Below, piece by piece: positions 31,801 to 39,342 of a stretch of DNA of 64,000 nucleotides. Source of the stretch: an uncultured Gemmatimonadaceae bacterium (GTDB taxonomy: Bacteria > Gemmatimonadota > Gemmatimonadetes > Gemmatimonadales > Gemmatimonadaceae); assembly GCA_963761305.1 (NCBI GenBank), contig CAVXGK010000002.1:1344001-1408000 (forward strand). The letters run 5' to 3'. The notes under the pieces are model-generated. The model saw nothing but the letters and a program-made list of their open reading frames with translations, was not told the origin of the DNA and searched no databases. The first letter of the stretch is position 1; the number at the start of each line of letters is the position of its first letter. The position numbers were made by a program, and so were the translations under genes.

Positions 31801-34493
31801 AGGGGGGCGTCCTCGAGAAGCCGGGCGGCGTGTTCGTGCGACGCGCCGACTCGTTGTCCGCCGACGAGACCGCTCTCCTCCGAGCGACGGCGCGCATTAA
31901 CGTGCTCTGTGACGGGGTCGGCCTGGGCGAAATCATCGCCACGAACATTGTGAGCTACGAAACCATCGCCCCCGCGTCGCCAGTCACCGTCCGGCATGCC
32001 GACGCGGTCGACGCGCGCCTCGGCGAGGCCGACGCGTCGCCCGAACCGGCGAACGGATACGGTGGGTTGACGGATGCGGGCAACTTCGAAGTCGATATAG
32101 CCGGCGACCGAGTGCCGCCGGCACCGTGGGCGAACATCATCGCCAATCCGTCGATCGGATTCTGCGTCACGGAGCGAGGCGGCGGCTTCGCGTGGGCGGA
32201 GAACAGTTATTTCTTTCGGCTCACACCCTGGTTCAACGATCCGGTCGCCGACCCGTGCGGCGAAGTGATCTATCTCCGGGATGCGGACAGTGGCGTCGTG
32301 TGGACGCCGACTCCCGGGCCGGCCGCGGCTGTTGGCGACGCGCACCATTCGCCGCGCTACCAAGTCGAGCATGCCCCGGGCGTGACTCGCTTCTCACACA
32401 CGCGGGGCGACATCGTCACCGAGCTCGCCATGGGTGTTCCGGTGAGCGATGCCGTCAAGATCACCACGCTCCGAATCACGAACCGCGGCGACACGACGCG
32501 TCGTCTCTCGCTCACCAGCTACGTCGACTGGGTGCTTGGCGCTGAGCAGGAACAGGCGCGGTATCAACTTCACACGCGGCACGATCCGGCGACCGGCGCG
32601 CTGCTCGCGCAGAACTTTTTCGCGCCCGACTTCACCGGCCGCGTAGCGTTTTCGTGGATCAGCGAGCCGCTCACCGGTTTTACAGCGCGCCGCGATCATT
32701 TCATTGGACGGAATGGCGACCTCACCCTTCCCGAAGGGCTGCGCGTGGAGGATCTCTCGGGGGCGACCGGCGCGGGTTACGACCCGTGCGCGGCGTTGCG
32801 GTGCGACATCGCGCTCGAGCCGAACGAGACGAAGGATGTCGCCATTCTGCTCGGCGCCGCGCCGAGCGACCCGGCTGTGCGTGCGCTGATCGAGCGGTAC
32901 GGCGCGCCGGCTTCCGCGGCCAGTGCGATCGACAAAGCAACCAAAGCGTGGAACGAGAGGCTATCGGTGATCGGTGTTCAGACGCCGGAGCCGGAGTTCG
33001 ACACGCTGTTCAATCGATGGTCCCTGTACCAGGCGCTCTCGTGCCGAATGTGGGCGCGGTCCGGGCTGTACCAGCCTAGCGGCGCGTACGGGTTTCGAGA
33101 CCAGCTGCAGGACAGCATGGCGTTCGTGTACGCCGAGCCGAGTATCACGCGCGCGCATTTGATTCGGGCCGCCGGGCACCAGTTCGTCGAGGGCGACGTG
33201 CAGCACTGGTGGCACGAGCCGTCGGGGCGAGGCGTGCGCACGCGCTTCTCGGACGATCTGGCATGGTTGCCGTTCGTCGCCGATCACTACGTTCGCGTCA
33301 CGGGCGACGTCTCGGTGTGGGAGGAGCGCGCACCATATCTCTCCATGCGCGCCCTCAACCCCGACGAACAGGACGCTTACGACCTGCCGGCGGTGAGCGA
33401 CGACACGGGTTCGTTGTACGAGCACTGCGTTCGGGCGATCGAGCGCGCGTGCACGGTCGGCGCGCACGGGCTACCCCTCATGGGGTCGGGCGATTGGAAC
33501 GACGGGATGAACCGCGTCGGCGCCCAGGGGAAAGGTGAGAGCGTGTGGCTTGCCTGGTTCCTGACGGCGACGCTCCGCCGGCTCGCCACTCATGCGGAGT
33601 CGCGCGGAGACACGCAGCACGCGGCGTCTTGGCGCACGCGCGCCGACGGCTACGCCGCGGCGGCCGAGCGAACGGCGTGGGACGGCGCCTGGTATCTGCG
33701 CGCGTACTACGACGACGGCACCGCGCTCGGCACCGCGGGCGACGAGGAATGTCGGATCGATTCGATCGCGCAGAGCTGGGCCGTCCTCTCGGGCGCGGCG
33801 GAGCCACCGCGGGCGCGCGCGGCGATGCGCGCGGTGAACGAACAGCTGGTGCGCGAGGACCTGCGTCTGATCCTGCTGCTCGCGCCGCCGTTCGACAAAT
33901 CGGCGCGGGATCCGGGTTACATCCGCGGCTATCTGCCGGGAGTTCGCGAGAACGGCGCTCAGTACACTCACGCGGCGCTGTGGACCGTCCTGGCGATGGC
34001 GAAGTTGGGCGACGGGACCCGGGCCGGCGACCTTATGGGAATGCTCAACCCCTTCTCGCGAGCACGTACCCCCGCCGACGCCGGAACGTACATGGTCGAG
34101 CCGTACGTCGTGGCCGGCGATGTGTATGCGGCGGCAGGACACGAGGGCCGGGGCGGCTGGACATGGTACACGGGTGCCGCGAGCTGGACGTACCGCGTGG
34201 CGCTGGAAGGGATGCTCGGGTTCGAAAAGGTCGGCGACCGTTTTCGTCTCCAGCCGTGCATCCCGGCGGCGTGGCCGGGCTTCACGCTCGACTATCGTTA
34301 CGGGACGAGCTCGTACCACATCGACGTGCGGAATCCTGACGGGGCGTCAGAAGGCGTGGTGGCCGTGACGCTCGATGGAGCTCCGGTTCCCGACGGTTGG
34401 ATCACGCTGGCCAACGACGGGCAACGGCACGTCGTCGCGATCGTTCTTGGAGCGGAAGAACCCAGTATGTCGGGCGCTTCGGTTCAGGCGTAG
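25842..34493 (+). CDS. ndvB: Cyclic beta-1,2-glucan synthase (GT84 plus glucoamylase-like plus GH94 phosphorylase domains); start may be 25923
   Basis: 2883 aa; WMGWERKRGKL, YVITLDADT, LLSHDLLEG, RWIRGDWQL, YDLLASESRL, GAYGFRDQLQD, GDWNDGMN, RENGAQYTHAA, GWTWYTG. Confidence 0.93.
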   Translation: MRAGPSCVAPLERETGIEPRTPHDPHAMSVTAAEAADRRPMKGALFGAARLASHARKLARRHVTVPSSPPRWIGRRDRGPLLSRLDATGRVLIAARDTLAEASAAGADVGPAGAWLLDNFFIVLEQIPEIRATLPAAYYRELPKLAGDGPRAGFPRIYDVIEELIAHTDGRLDEGSVSRMIAEYQRVTPLTLGELWAIPAMLRMGYLESVRRMALRAARDVADRASADEWVSRLLAATLSGDVTSGLSAFVHRGPDLSPAFLTRFLQQIRSRRSDFTPLLWLEQWVAEDVMSVEDAAQRSVQELALTQLVMANSIASLRLVTSIDWMAFVEAASATEAELREDPAGTYTAMTRATRDRYRHAVERIAKGANVDEPSIAQAAVQASRDAASGADPRARHVGYHLVGDGRYGFERACGFRADAATRLREKVLQHPARSYFGGVAIAVGLATAALVTPLHFAQLGDRTFGWLAVVVLLVLLPAADAAVAIVHQLVNLFVPASRLPRLDYERAVPEADRTAVVVPLLLGSVDAVAGAISHLEVQYLANRDPQIRFGLLSDLLDSPTERAPGDEAIVEAAVAGIRALNAAYGNQDGATPNDAPFYLLHRPRRWNAADDVWMGWERKRGKLVEFNEFIRGSADHAFEITEGDLPWLRGVRYVITLDADTVLPRSGAAALIGTLAHPLNRAVYDPAVGRVVRGYGILQPRVSVSLASASESRFAAIYAGHPGLDPYTTAVSDVYQDLFGEGTFTGKGIYDVDVFRRATDGRFPDNTLLSHDLLEGTFVRAGLVTDVEVFDDYPTRYLTSTRRTHRWIRGDWQLLRWLTARLPGPPGSNRDPLSSLSRWKIADNMRRSATPLAQFSLFVAGLLFLPGSPAAWVAVALAAFGTPWLVPFFFAAIRPPRGQAWRPYYGALAQDGTRALQQLGLAVVLLPDQTLLAADAITRTIGRLARGKRRLLEWQTASHTEQTTGNSRSSVWHRMWPAVLLGAATLALVAWRGALDPARGVLWWIFAGAWAALAVAWLFAPEVAIALSSPLTRRDLVLDGDERSAALRYAARHWRYFERFVTADTHWLAPDNFQESPEPIIASRTSPTNIGLQLLATASACDLGFLTRGEMVERLERAFDSLDRMSRVQGHFFNWYSLENLRVLEPPYVSTVDSGNLAGHLIALAEGCASIAGAPVDDGRIWAALEAEGVARGETGGPWVGERLLAYQSAMLDLRRRTQVSATDSSKSATTLWARQRLEAAAEELARFELDPEGDTAASLRTVAATSPAAAALVARLDALARRAREMAAAMDFRLVYEPQRRLFAIGYDARSGTLDDSLYDLLASESRLASFIAISKNDADVEHWFRLGRSLTVADGAAALVSWSGTMFEYLMPLLVMPPRPFSLLDQTCHSAVVRQIAYANMRGVPWGISESAYNVRDRHDTYQYRAFGVPDLALKRGLASDLVIAPYATALALAVDAHEALRNFAELERRGALGAYGFYDALDYTRVNPDERVATVRTFMAHHIGMSLVALDNALSVGETEAEGIWQRRFMTDASVRATALLLDERVPRRYVPRPPQADAPTSTLEATAQTRIAVHEVDTPHTREPHVALLGGPGYGVLLTNSGSGNSRSREIDVLRWRADATQDDTGQWIYIKDLTDGSLWSAAYQPVRAEPTRYRATFAADRVIFARRDGPVETRTEVVVVASEQAEVRRVTLLNRSSVVRELELTSYGEVVLCPPGADRAHPAFQKLFVETEWVPAAALLASRRSRAAGETWPWCVHVVASGAERVGEVTCETDRERFLGRGRTVHTPHALDDGVQLSGSTGAVLDPIVALRVRLRVAPGRSATVAFTTAVAPTREAALHVADRYRDVAASERASSLARTEAEVEVRDLDIEPADLALYQELAGALVYPHEALRAPASERAAVTLGQQALWAQGISGDWPIVLATIRAVAGVASVRQLLAAHRYWRTKGIRADLVILNAKPHSYAQELHDQLMTIAMSGEGGVLEKPGGVFVRRADSLSADETALLRATARINVLCDGVGLGEIIATNIVSYETIAPASPVTVRHADAVDARLGEADASPEPANGYGGLTDAGNFEVDIAGDRVPPAPWANIIANPSIGFCVTERGGGFAWAENSYFFRLTPWFNDPVADPCGEVIYLRDADSGVVWTPTPGPAAAVGDAHHSPRYQVEHAPGVTRFSHTRGDIVTELAMGVPVSDAVKITTLRITNRGDTTRRLSLTSYVDWVLGAEQEQARYQLHTRHDPATGALLAQNFFAPDFTGRVAFSWISEPLTGFTARRDHFIGRNGDLTLPEGLRVEDLSGATGAGYDPCAALRCDIALEPNETKDVAILLGAAPSDPAVRALIERYGAPASAASAIDKATKAWNERLSVIGVQTPEPEFDTLFNRWSLYQALSCRMWARSGLYQPSGAYGFRDQLQDSMAFVYAEPSITRAHLIRAAGHQFVEGDVQHWWHEPSGRGVRTRFSDDLAWLPFVADHYVRVTGDVSVWEERAPYLSMRALNPDEQDAYDLPAVSDDTGSLYEHCVRAIERACTVGAHGLPLMGSGDWNDGMNRVGAQGKGESVWLAWFLTATLRRLATHAESRGDTQHAASWRTRADGYAAAAERTAWDGAWYLRAYYDDGTALGTAGDEECRIDSIAQSWAVLSGAAEPPRARAAMRAVNEQLVREDLRLILLLAPPFDKSARDPGYIRGYLPGVRENGAQYTHAALWTVLAMAKLGDGTRAGDLMGMLNPFSRARTPADAGTYMVEPYVVAGDVYAAAGHEGRGGWTWYTGAASWTYRVALEGMLGFEKVGDRFRLQPCIPAAWPGFTLDYRYGTSSYHIDVRNPDGASEGVVAVTLDGAPVPDGWITLANDGQRHVVAIVLGAEEPSMSGASVQA

Positions 34494-34526
34494 ACGGCCG
34501 CTCGACGGCGGTCCGCGCGCGGTGTG

Positions 34527-34871
34527 TCAGCGCGTCCCCAGTCGCGCCGCGACGGCGAACTGGAGGAAATACTTGCTGAGATAGTCCGCGAGGTCCGGCT
34601 CGGCCGTCTCATCGAAGAAGACCCTGCAGAACTGTTCGCGCGCCCGAAGAATCTCCCGGCGTCGATGATGCTTCCAGCGAGGATCGGACGCGGTCAGATC
34701 GAACAGTTCGAGCGCGCGCTCGAGCGCCCGCTCGGCGCGATCGCCACGTCCCTGCGCACGGGCGCGAATCGCGCGGTCGACCTCGCTACCGACGTTGCCA
34801 AGTTGCTCCATCAACGAGAGCGTCTGCCATCGCCCCGCGGCGAGCGACGTATGCGCCGGCAGGTGCGTCAT
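34527..34871 (-). CDS. Small helical hypothetical protein coupled to the DUF5674 gene
   Basis: RWQTLSLMEQLGNVGSEVDRA...ERALELFDLT..DP....REILRARE; ATGA overlap. Confidence 0.75.
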   Translation of the reverse strand: MTHLPAHTSLAAGRWQTLSLMEQLGNVGSEVDRAIRARAQGRGDRAERALERALELFDLTASDPRWKHHRRREILRAREQFCRVFFDETAEPDLADYLSKYFLQFAVAARLGTR

Positions 34872-35227
34872 CCGCGCCGCACCAATTCGCCGACGAGCCG
34901 GCGGATTTCCGATTGAATCGTCGGATCGTCGACGCCGCGCGACCGATTGCCCTGCGCCGGCCGGACGTTGATCATCGAGTCGAACTCGATCCAGTCATCG
35001 CCCGACTCGTTCGGATACAGATTGATGCCCCACACGTCGGCTTGTTTTGCGCCGTCGTCGAGCAGCAGTGCTTCCTCGTCCGAATGCAGCTCGCCACCGA
35101 GGGCCATGACTCCGCGGCCAATGTCGACGGACGCCTTTACCATGTCGCCGAAACGAGCCAGCGCCAATTCCCGCACTTCTGCGAGCGAAATCGGCTCGCG
35201 CACGATCCGGGGGCTACCCTTGTCCAT
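34868..35227 (-). CDS. DUF5674 family protein
   Basis: DMVKASVD...GGELHSDEE..LL..G..Q.DVWGINLYP...IEFDSMINVRP.QGNRSR. Confidence 0.8.
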   Translation of the reverse strand: MDKGSPRIVREPISLAEVRELALARFGDMVKASVDIGRGVMALGGELHSDEEALLLDDGAKQADVWGINLYPNESGDDWIEFDSMINVRPAQGNRSRGVDDPTIQSEIRRLVGELVRRG

Positions 35228-35256
35228 CGGCGTAACCTAGCAGTTGAGCCGGCACC

Positions 35257-35590
35257 TCATCGAGGCACCTTTCGCTTCAGTTCCGTGAACCAGTTGAGCA
35301 CGACTCCGGTCGGTTGTGCGTTTGGCCGCGCGACCGGCTCGACGAGCACAAACTGCGATCCGTCGGGCGTGACGTCGTAGCCGTACGTTGGGTCGCCCGC
35401 TCCGAGCTGTCCGGCATCCGACCTTCGGAACAGAAGCACCGGCGTCCCCACTTCGCCGGACTGTGGATCGAACGACGCGGCCATCATCACGTCGCCTTTG
35501 CGGTACACGATCTCCCGCCCGTTCTTGCTCCACTTCGGCTGACTCCCGCCGCGGGATGGAACTCGCCCCGAAGGTAAACGCCGTCGAGAG
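35257..35590 (-). pseudogene. C-terminal remnant of a TolB-like beta-propeller (Ser/Thr kinase-propeller type protein)
   Basis: GGSQPKWSKNGREIVYR, YDVTPDGSQFV and VVLNWFTELKR tail, with no kinase or remaining propeller upstream. Confidence 0.65.
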
Positions 35591-35785
35591 GGCATCAAGG
35601 ACTCCATTTCTTTGTTCGGCGAGGCCCGCGGTGAGGTCATGGCGCGTTCCGAAACCGATTTCAGACAGGGACTGATTTGGCGTGGTACCTTGCGCCGTGT
35701 GCGATCAGTCTTGCTCTGGTTGTCGCTTGTCCAAGTGCGGCGTTCGTCCCCTGTTGTCCCCCCCAGGACCCCGGAGGGATTCGAA

Positions 35786-36763
35786 ATGCGAGTGGCGATC
35801 ATTGCGACGTGCTTCGCGTGCGTAAGTGCCCACGGCCTCGAGGCGCAAACGTCGCCAAAGCCTCCACCGGTCATCGACGTACATCTCCATGCGATGCCGC
35901 CTGACGCTTTCGGTCCGCCACCGGCTGACATCTGCATCGGCAACGCGCAGTTCGTGCCGTCGTCCAACCCGGCGAAGCCGGAACCGGTGTGTTCAAATCC
36001 CGTTCATGCCCCAAAGACGGCTCAGGAGATGACAGACGCCACGGTCGCGGCGTTGGAGCAATTCAACGTGGTCGGCATTGCGAGCGGCGATCCGGCGATG
36101 GTCAGTCGATTCAAGTCAGCGGCCCCGAAGCGGATCATTTCCGGCTTGATGTTCGGCAGCCCGCAAGACATGTCGGTCGACTCGATGCGCGCACTATACA
36201 AACGGGGGGGCTTCGCGGTCTTCGCCGAGGTGGTCACGCAGTACGCGGGAATTGCCCCGAATGATTCGGTGATGGAACCGTACTGGGCGCTTGCCGAAGA
36301 ACTCGGCTTTCCGGTCGGGATTCACATGGGGCTCGGACCGCCCGGAGCGCCATACATCGGCGACCCAAGGTACCGCGGACGCCTGAGCAATCCGCTGCTA
36401 CTCGAAGACGTCCTGGTGAAGCATCCAAAGCTTCGACTCTACGTCATGCACGCGGGGTGGCCCCAACTCGACGAAATGATCAATCTGCTATACGTGCATC
36501 CACAGGTGTATGTGGATGTGGCCGTCATCGACTACTTCCTACCGCGCGCAGAGTTCTATACGTACTTGAAGCGGCTGGTCGAGGCGGGATTTGGCACGCG
36601 CATCATGTACGGTTCGGACAACATGCTGTGGCCCCAAGCAATCGGCGAAAGCATTCGCGCCATCCAGAATGCGCCGTTTCTCTCGGAAAAGCAGAAGCGA
36701 GACATTCTCTACAACAACGCGGTCCGATTCTTCAAGATGGACGACAAGATGACCGTTCCCTGA
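35786..36763 (+). CDS. Secreted amidohydrolase (Amidohydro_2 family)
   Basis: Signal peptide; IDVHLH, VGIHMG, VMHAGWP, IMYGSD, ILYNNA. Confidence 0.88.
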   Translation: MRVAIIATCFACVSAHGLEAQTSPKPPPVIDVHLHAMPPDAFGPPPADICIGNAQFVPSSNPAKPEPVCSNPVHAPKTAQEMTDATVAALEQFNVVGIASGDPAMVSRFKSAAPKRIISGLMFGSPQDMSVDSMRALYKRGGFAVFAEVVTQYAGIAPNDSVMEPYWALAEELGFPVGIHMGLGPPGAPYIGDPRYRGRLSNPLLLEDVLVKHPKLRLYVMHAGWPQLDEMINLLYVHPQVYVDVAVIDYFLPRAEFYTYLKRLVEAGFGTRIMYGSDNMLWPQAIGESIRAIQNAPFLSEKQKRDILYNNAVRFFKMDDKMTVP

Positions 36764-36772
36764 GGCGCCCCC

Positions 36773-37333
36773 CTAGACCGATTCGACGGTATTTGGGATT
36801 TCCGTTTGAGTCTCGCCAACCTGCAAGCGATGCGGCCGAGCCGACCATGCGGGCGGGTCGTGTCGCTTGGAACTCGGCCGCGGCCTGCGGCTCCCCTTCT
36901 CTGGCGGCGGCGTAATCCCGTACTCGCGCAGCACGGTGCGGAACACGCGGTGCGCGCGATTGATGTGCTTGCCGACCATTTTGGCCGAGATACCCAGGGC
37001 CTGAGCCGCCTCGGCGTACGATTTCCCGTCTTCCCGCACCGCGAGGAACGCCAGCCGGCACTGGGGCGGCAGCGACGCCAGCGTGTTGGTGTACAGCGCT
37101 TCGTATTCGCGTTCCAGCCACTGGGCCTCCGGGTCCATCCACGTGCGCGAGTACCCCTCGAGCTCGCGCAGGTATTCGGCGTCGCGCGCCGCGCGCCGTT
37201 TGTCGCGCCGGTGTTGATCGATCATGCGTCGCCTGACCAGCATCCGGACACGCCGCTCGAGTTCCGACTCTTTCTCTTTTTCGCCTTCTCCCTGCTCTCC
37301 GTCGTCTCTGGTGCCCTCGTCCCGCCGTGCCAT
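36773..37333 (-). CDS. Sigma-70 region 4 protein (N-terminally reduced ECF-like sigma factor)
   Basis: LASLPPQCRLAFLAVREDGKSYAEAAQALGISAKMVGKHINRA helix-turn-helix; GAGGAGG Shine-Dalgarno; only a remnant of region 2 (VRRRMIDQHRR). Confidence 0.7.
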   Translation of the reverse strand: MARRDEGTRDDGEQGEGEKEKESELERRVRMLVRRRMIDQHRRDKRRAARDAEYLRELEGYSRTWMDPEAQWLEREYEALYTNTLASLPPQCRLAFLAVREDGKSYAEAAQALGISAKMVGKHINRAHRVFRTVLREYGITPPPEKGSRRPRPSSKRHDPPAWSARPHRLQVGETQTEIPNTVESV

Positions 37334-37371
37334 CGATACAGCCTCCTCGAATGAAATGAGTGAATCGGCAT

Positions 37372-37660
37372 GGGTGGCCGCGGCCAGCGGATTCTGGCGA
37401 CGTCGACCCCCCTATAGATGAATCGCCACGACTCGCGATTTGATACCGCAACAAAACGTTGCAGTGGGCGAAAACGCCCGTCCGCGCGCCCAAAGTGTCA
37501 TGCGTGCGTCAGCCGCCTGTCAGCACGCGCCTCGCGCCGGCCCATTCGCGACCCAAACCGTCGCCAAATGAGGACAATTGGTATCAAATCGCTACCCGTG
37601 GCGATGTATAAGTAGGGGGACGACGCAGCCAAGTTCTTCCCCGCCGGTGCGCGGCCGCCA
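37372..37660. promoter_or_regulatory. Inverted pair of promoter-like elements (about 37372-37447 and 37580-37660)
   Basis: Both read outward as GGTATCAAATCGC-N4-CGTGGCGAT-N7-TAGGGGG-N1/2-CGACG. Confidence 0.6.
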
Positions 37661-37813
37661 CGTCGCGCGCGATTTCGGGGGTGGCCCAACACGCATCGGG
37701 CGCGCCGGGCGTTCAATCACGAGCAGCTCGGTGGAATCTCGTCGCGTCGCGCATCTCAACCGCGCCGCCCGATGTCACGGCGCCAGAAACACGAATCACA
37801 CGATCGTCAGCGG

Positions 37814-37939
37814 AGATTCACTCCGCTCCGGCCAAGATTCACCGCGCCGCATCTGAGACTCACCGCGCCACATCTGAGATTCACCGCGCCAGATCTGAAA
37901 TTCACCGCGCCACATCTGAGATTTACCGTGCCGCGTCGA
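37814..37939 (+). repeat. 21-bp tandem array A (6 imperfect units, AGATTCACCGCGCCACATCTG)
   Basis: Units start at 37814, 37835, 37856, 37877, 37898, 37919. Confidence 0.9.
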
Positions 37940-37995
37940 GACGTCACCGCACACGGTTCGACGACCACCTGACGGCAGGCCGCAGCAAGGCTGCC

Positions 37996-38066
37996 TCGGA
38001 ACGGGTCCCGCCACGTTCGGAACGGGTCCCGGCACGTTCGGAACGGGTCCCGGCACGTTCGGAACG
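37996..38066 (+). repeat. 21-bp tandem array B (3 units plus partial, TCGGAACGGGTCCCGGCACGT)
   Basis: Units start at 37996, 38017, 38038, partial at 38059. Confidence 0.9.
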
Positions 38067-38124
38067 CGTGCAAAATGCTCCGACCGACGCTCGCATGGCT
38101 CACGAACGCATCGAGTTGCGACGC

Positions 38125-38229
38125 GACGACCGATCGCGTGCTCCCGACGACCGATCGTGTGTTCCGGACGACCCGTTGCGCGCTCCGGACGGCCGATCGC
38201 CCGCTCTGGACGACCGGTAGCGCGCTCTG
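38125..38229 (+). repeat. 21-bp tandem array C (5 degenerate units, about GACGACCGATCGCGCGCTCCG)
   Basis: Units start at 38125, 38146, 38167, 38188, 38209. Confidence 0.8.
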
Positions 38230-38418
38230 ACCGACCGTCACCCGCGCGATCCGCGCGGCGAGCCGCGTCCAGAAGGGCCGGCATCGCCTACAGACATCCT
38301 CATCAGGACTCCAGACCTCATCGAGTCCTCAACAGCGTTCGGCGCAACAGCACGCGCCGACGTCGCGCCCGACACATCCCGTGTCACGGGCGCTCCACCC
38401 TCCCTCAAGGAGAACGCA

Positions 38419-39207
38419 GTGAAAGCTTTCCACGCAGCAACCTTGAACACGCTGACCCGAGTGCAGCGGTTCCTGGATCTCAACGGCTCGTCACTCGGAG
38501 ACATCAACGCGTCGGGCTATCGCAAGATCCTCGACGACGTCGTCGACAAGCTGGGCGTCCACGCCGCTGACCAGACGACGACAAAGCGGACGGCCGCCGC
38601 CGAGGCGGCCAAGGAGCGCGTGCTGCGAAACGCGCTCAAGCTGAATCACATGCGGCCCATCGCCACGGTCGCCAGCGCACAGCTCCGCCAGGTGCCCGAC
38701 TTCGCGGCCCTCAAGATGCCGCCCAAGAACGCGACGTCGCGCACTCTCATCACGTACGCGGCGGCGATGAAAACGGCCGCCGGCGAGTACGCCGACGCGT
38801 TCGTCGGCGCGGGCTTGCCGGCGGACTTCCTCGATGAGTTGCAGGGCGCGGCGGATGCGTTGAGCAACTCGTTGACGAGCCGCACCTCGAACGGCGCCGC
38901 GCAGCGCGGTGCGACCGTCGGTCTCGATGCCGAGGCGACGCGCGGACGTCAGGCGGTCAAGGTGCTCGACTCGCTGGTCGAGCCGCTCATTCAGGGCAAC
39001 CTCGCGTTGCTCGCCCAGTGGACGGCGGCGAAACGGTTCGGAGGCAAAGCGAGTGCGCCGACGAGCACGTCGATCGATGCCGCGGCGAAAGGTCCGACGA
39101 TTCCGCTCCCGACAACGGCCGAGTCGTCGACTCCACCGCAGCCGTCGTCTTCGCAGCCGGTGCCCGCGCCGGCTGCGTCAGTCCAGGCTCCAAGCCCGGC
39201 GGCGTAG
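38419..39207 (+). CDS. Hypothetical all-helical protein with a Pro/Ser/Ala-rich tail
   Basis: AAGGAG Shine-Dalgarno before GTG; strong GC3 bias; LTRVQRFLD, HMRPIATVA, GLPADFL motifs. Confidence 0.8.
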   Translation: MKAFHAATLNTLTRVQRFLDLNGSSLGDINASGYRKILDDVVDKLGVHAADQTTTKRTAAAEAAKERVLRNALKLNHMRPIATVASAQLRQVPDFAALKMPPKNATSRTLITYAAAMKTAAGEYADAFVGAGLPADFLDELQGAADALSNSLTSRTSNGAAQRGATVGLDAEATRGRQAVKVLDSLVEPLIQGNLALLAQWTAAKRFGGKASAPTSTSIDAAAKGPTIPLPTTAESSTPPQPSSSQPVPAPAASVQAPSPAA

Positions 39208-39226
39208 GCGCGGCGCAGTTAGGTCC

Positions 39227-39262
39227 GATTGGTCGGCCGCGATTCGTCGCGGCCGACCAATC
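39227..39262 (+). terminator. Perfect 16-bp hairpin with TTCG loop after the 38419 gene
   Basis: GATTGGTCGGCCGCGA-TTCG-TCGCGGCCGACCAATC, 20 nt after the stop; only a weak U tract follows. Confidence 0.7.
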
Positions 39263-39342
39263 AACACTTTCCGAACCTGGATGATGTTCCACGGGTGTTC
39301 CCCTTCGACGCAGCGGCCCCATCCTTGCTTCGTTCCGCGAAC

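Noticed and set aside
28413..32372. 1319-aa minus-strand ORF
   Set aside because: Antisense shadow of the glucan synthase; Arg-rich, motif-free and expected at this GC content
37814..38229. CRISPR or other repeat-spacer guide array
   Set aside because: No constant repeat alternating with unique spacers; these are three separate head-to-tail tandem arrays
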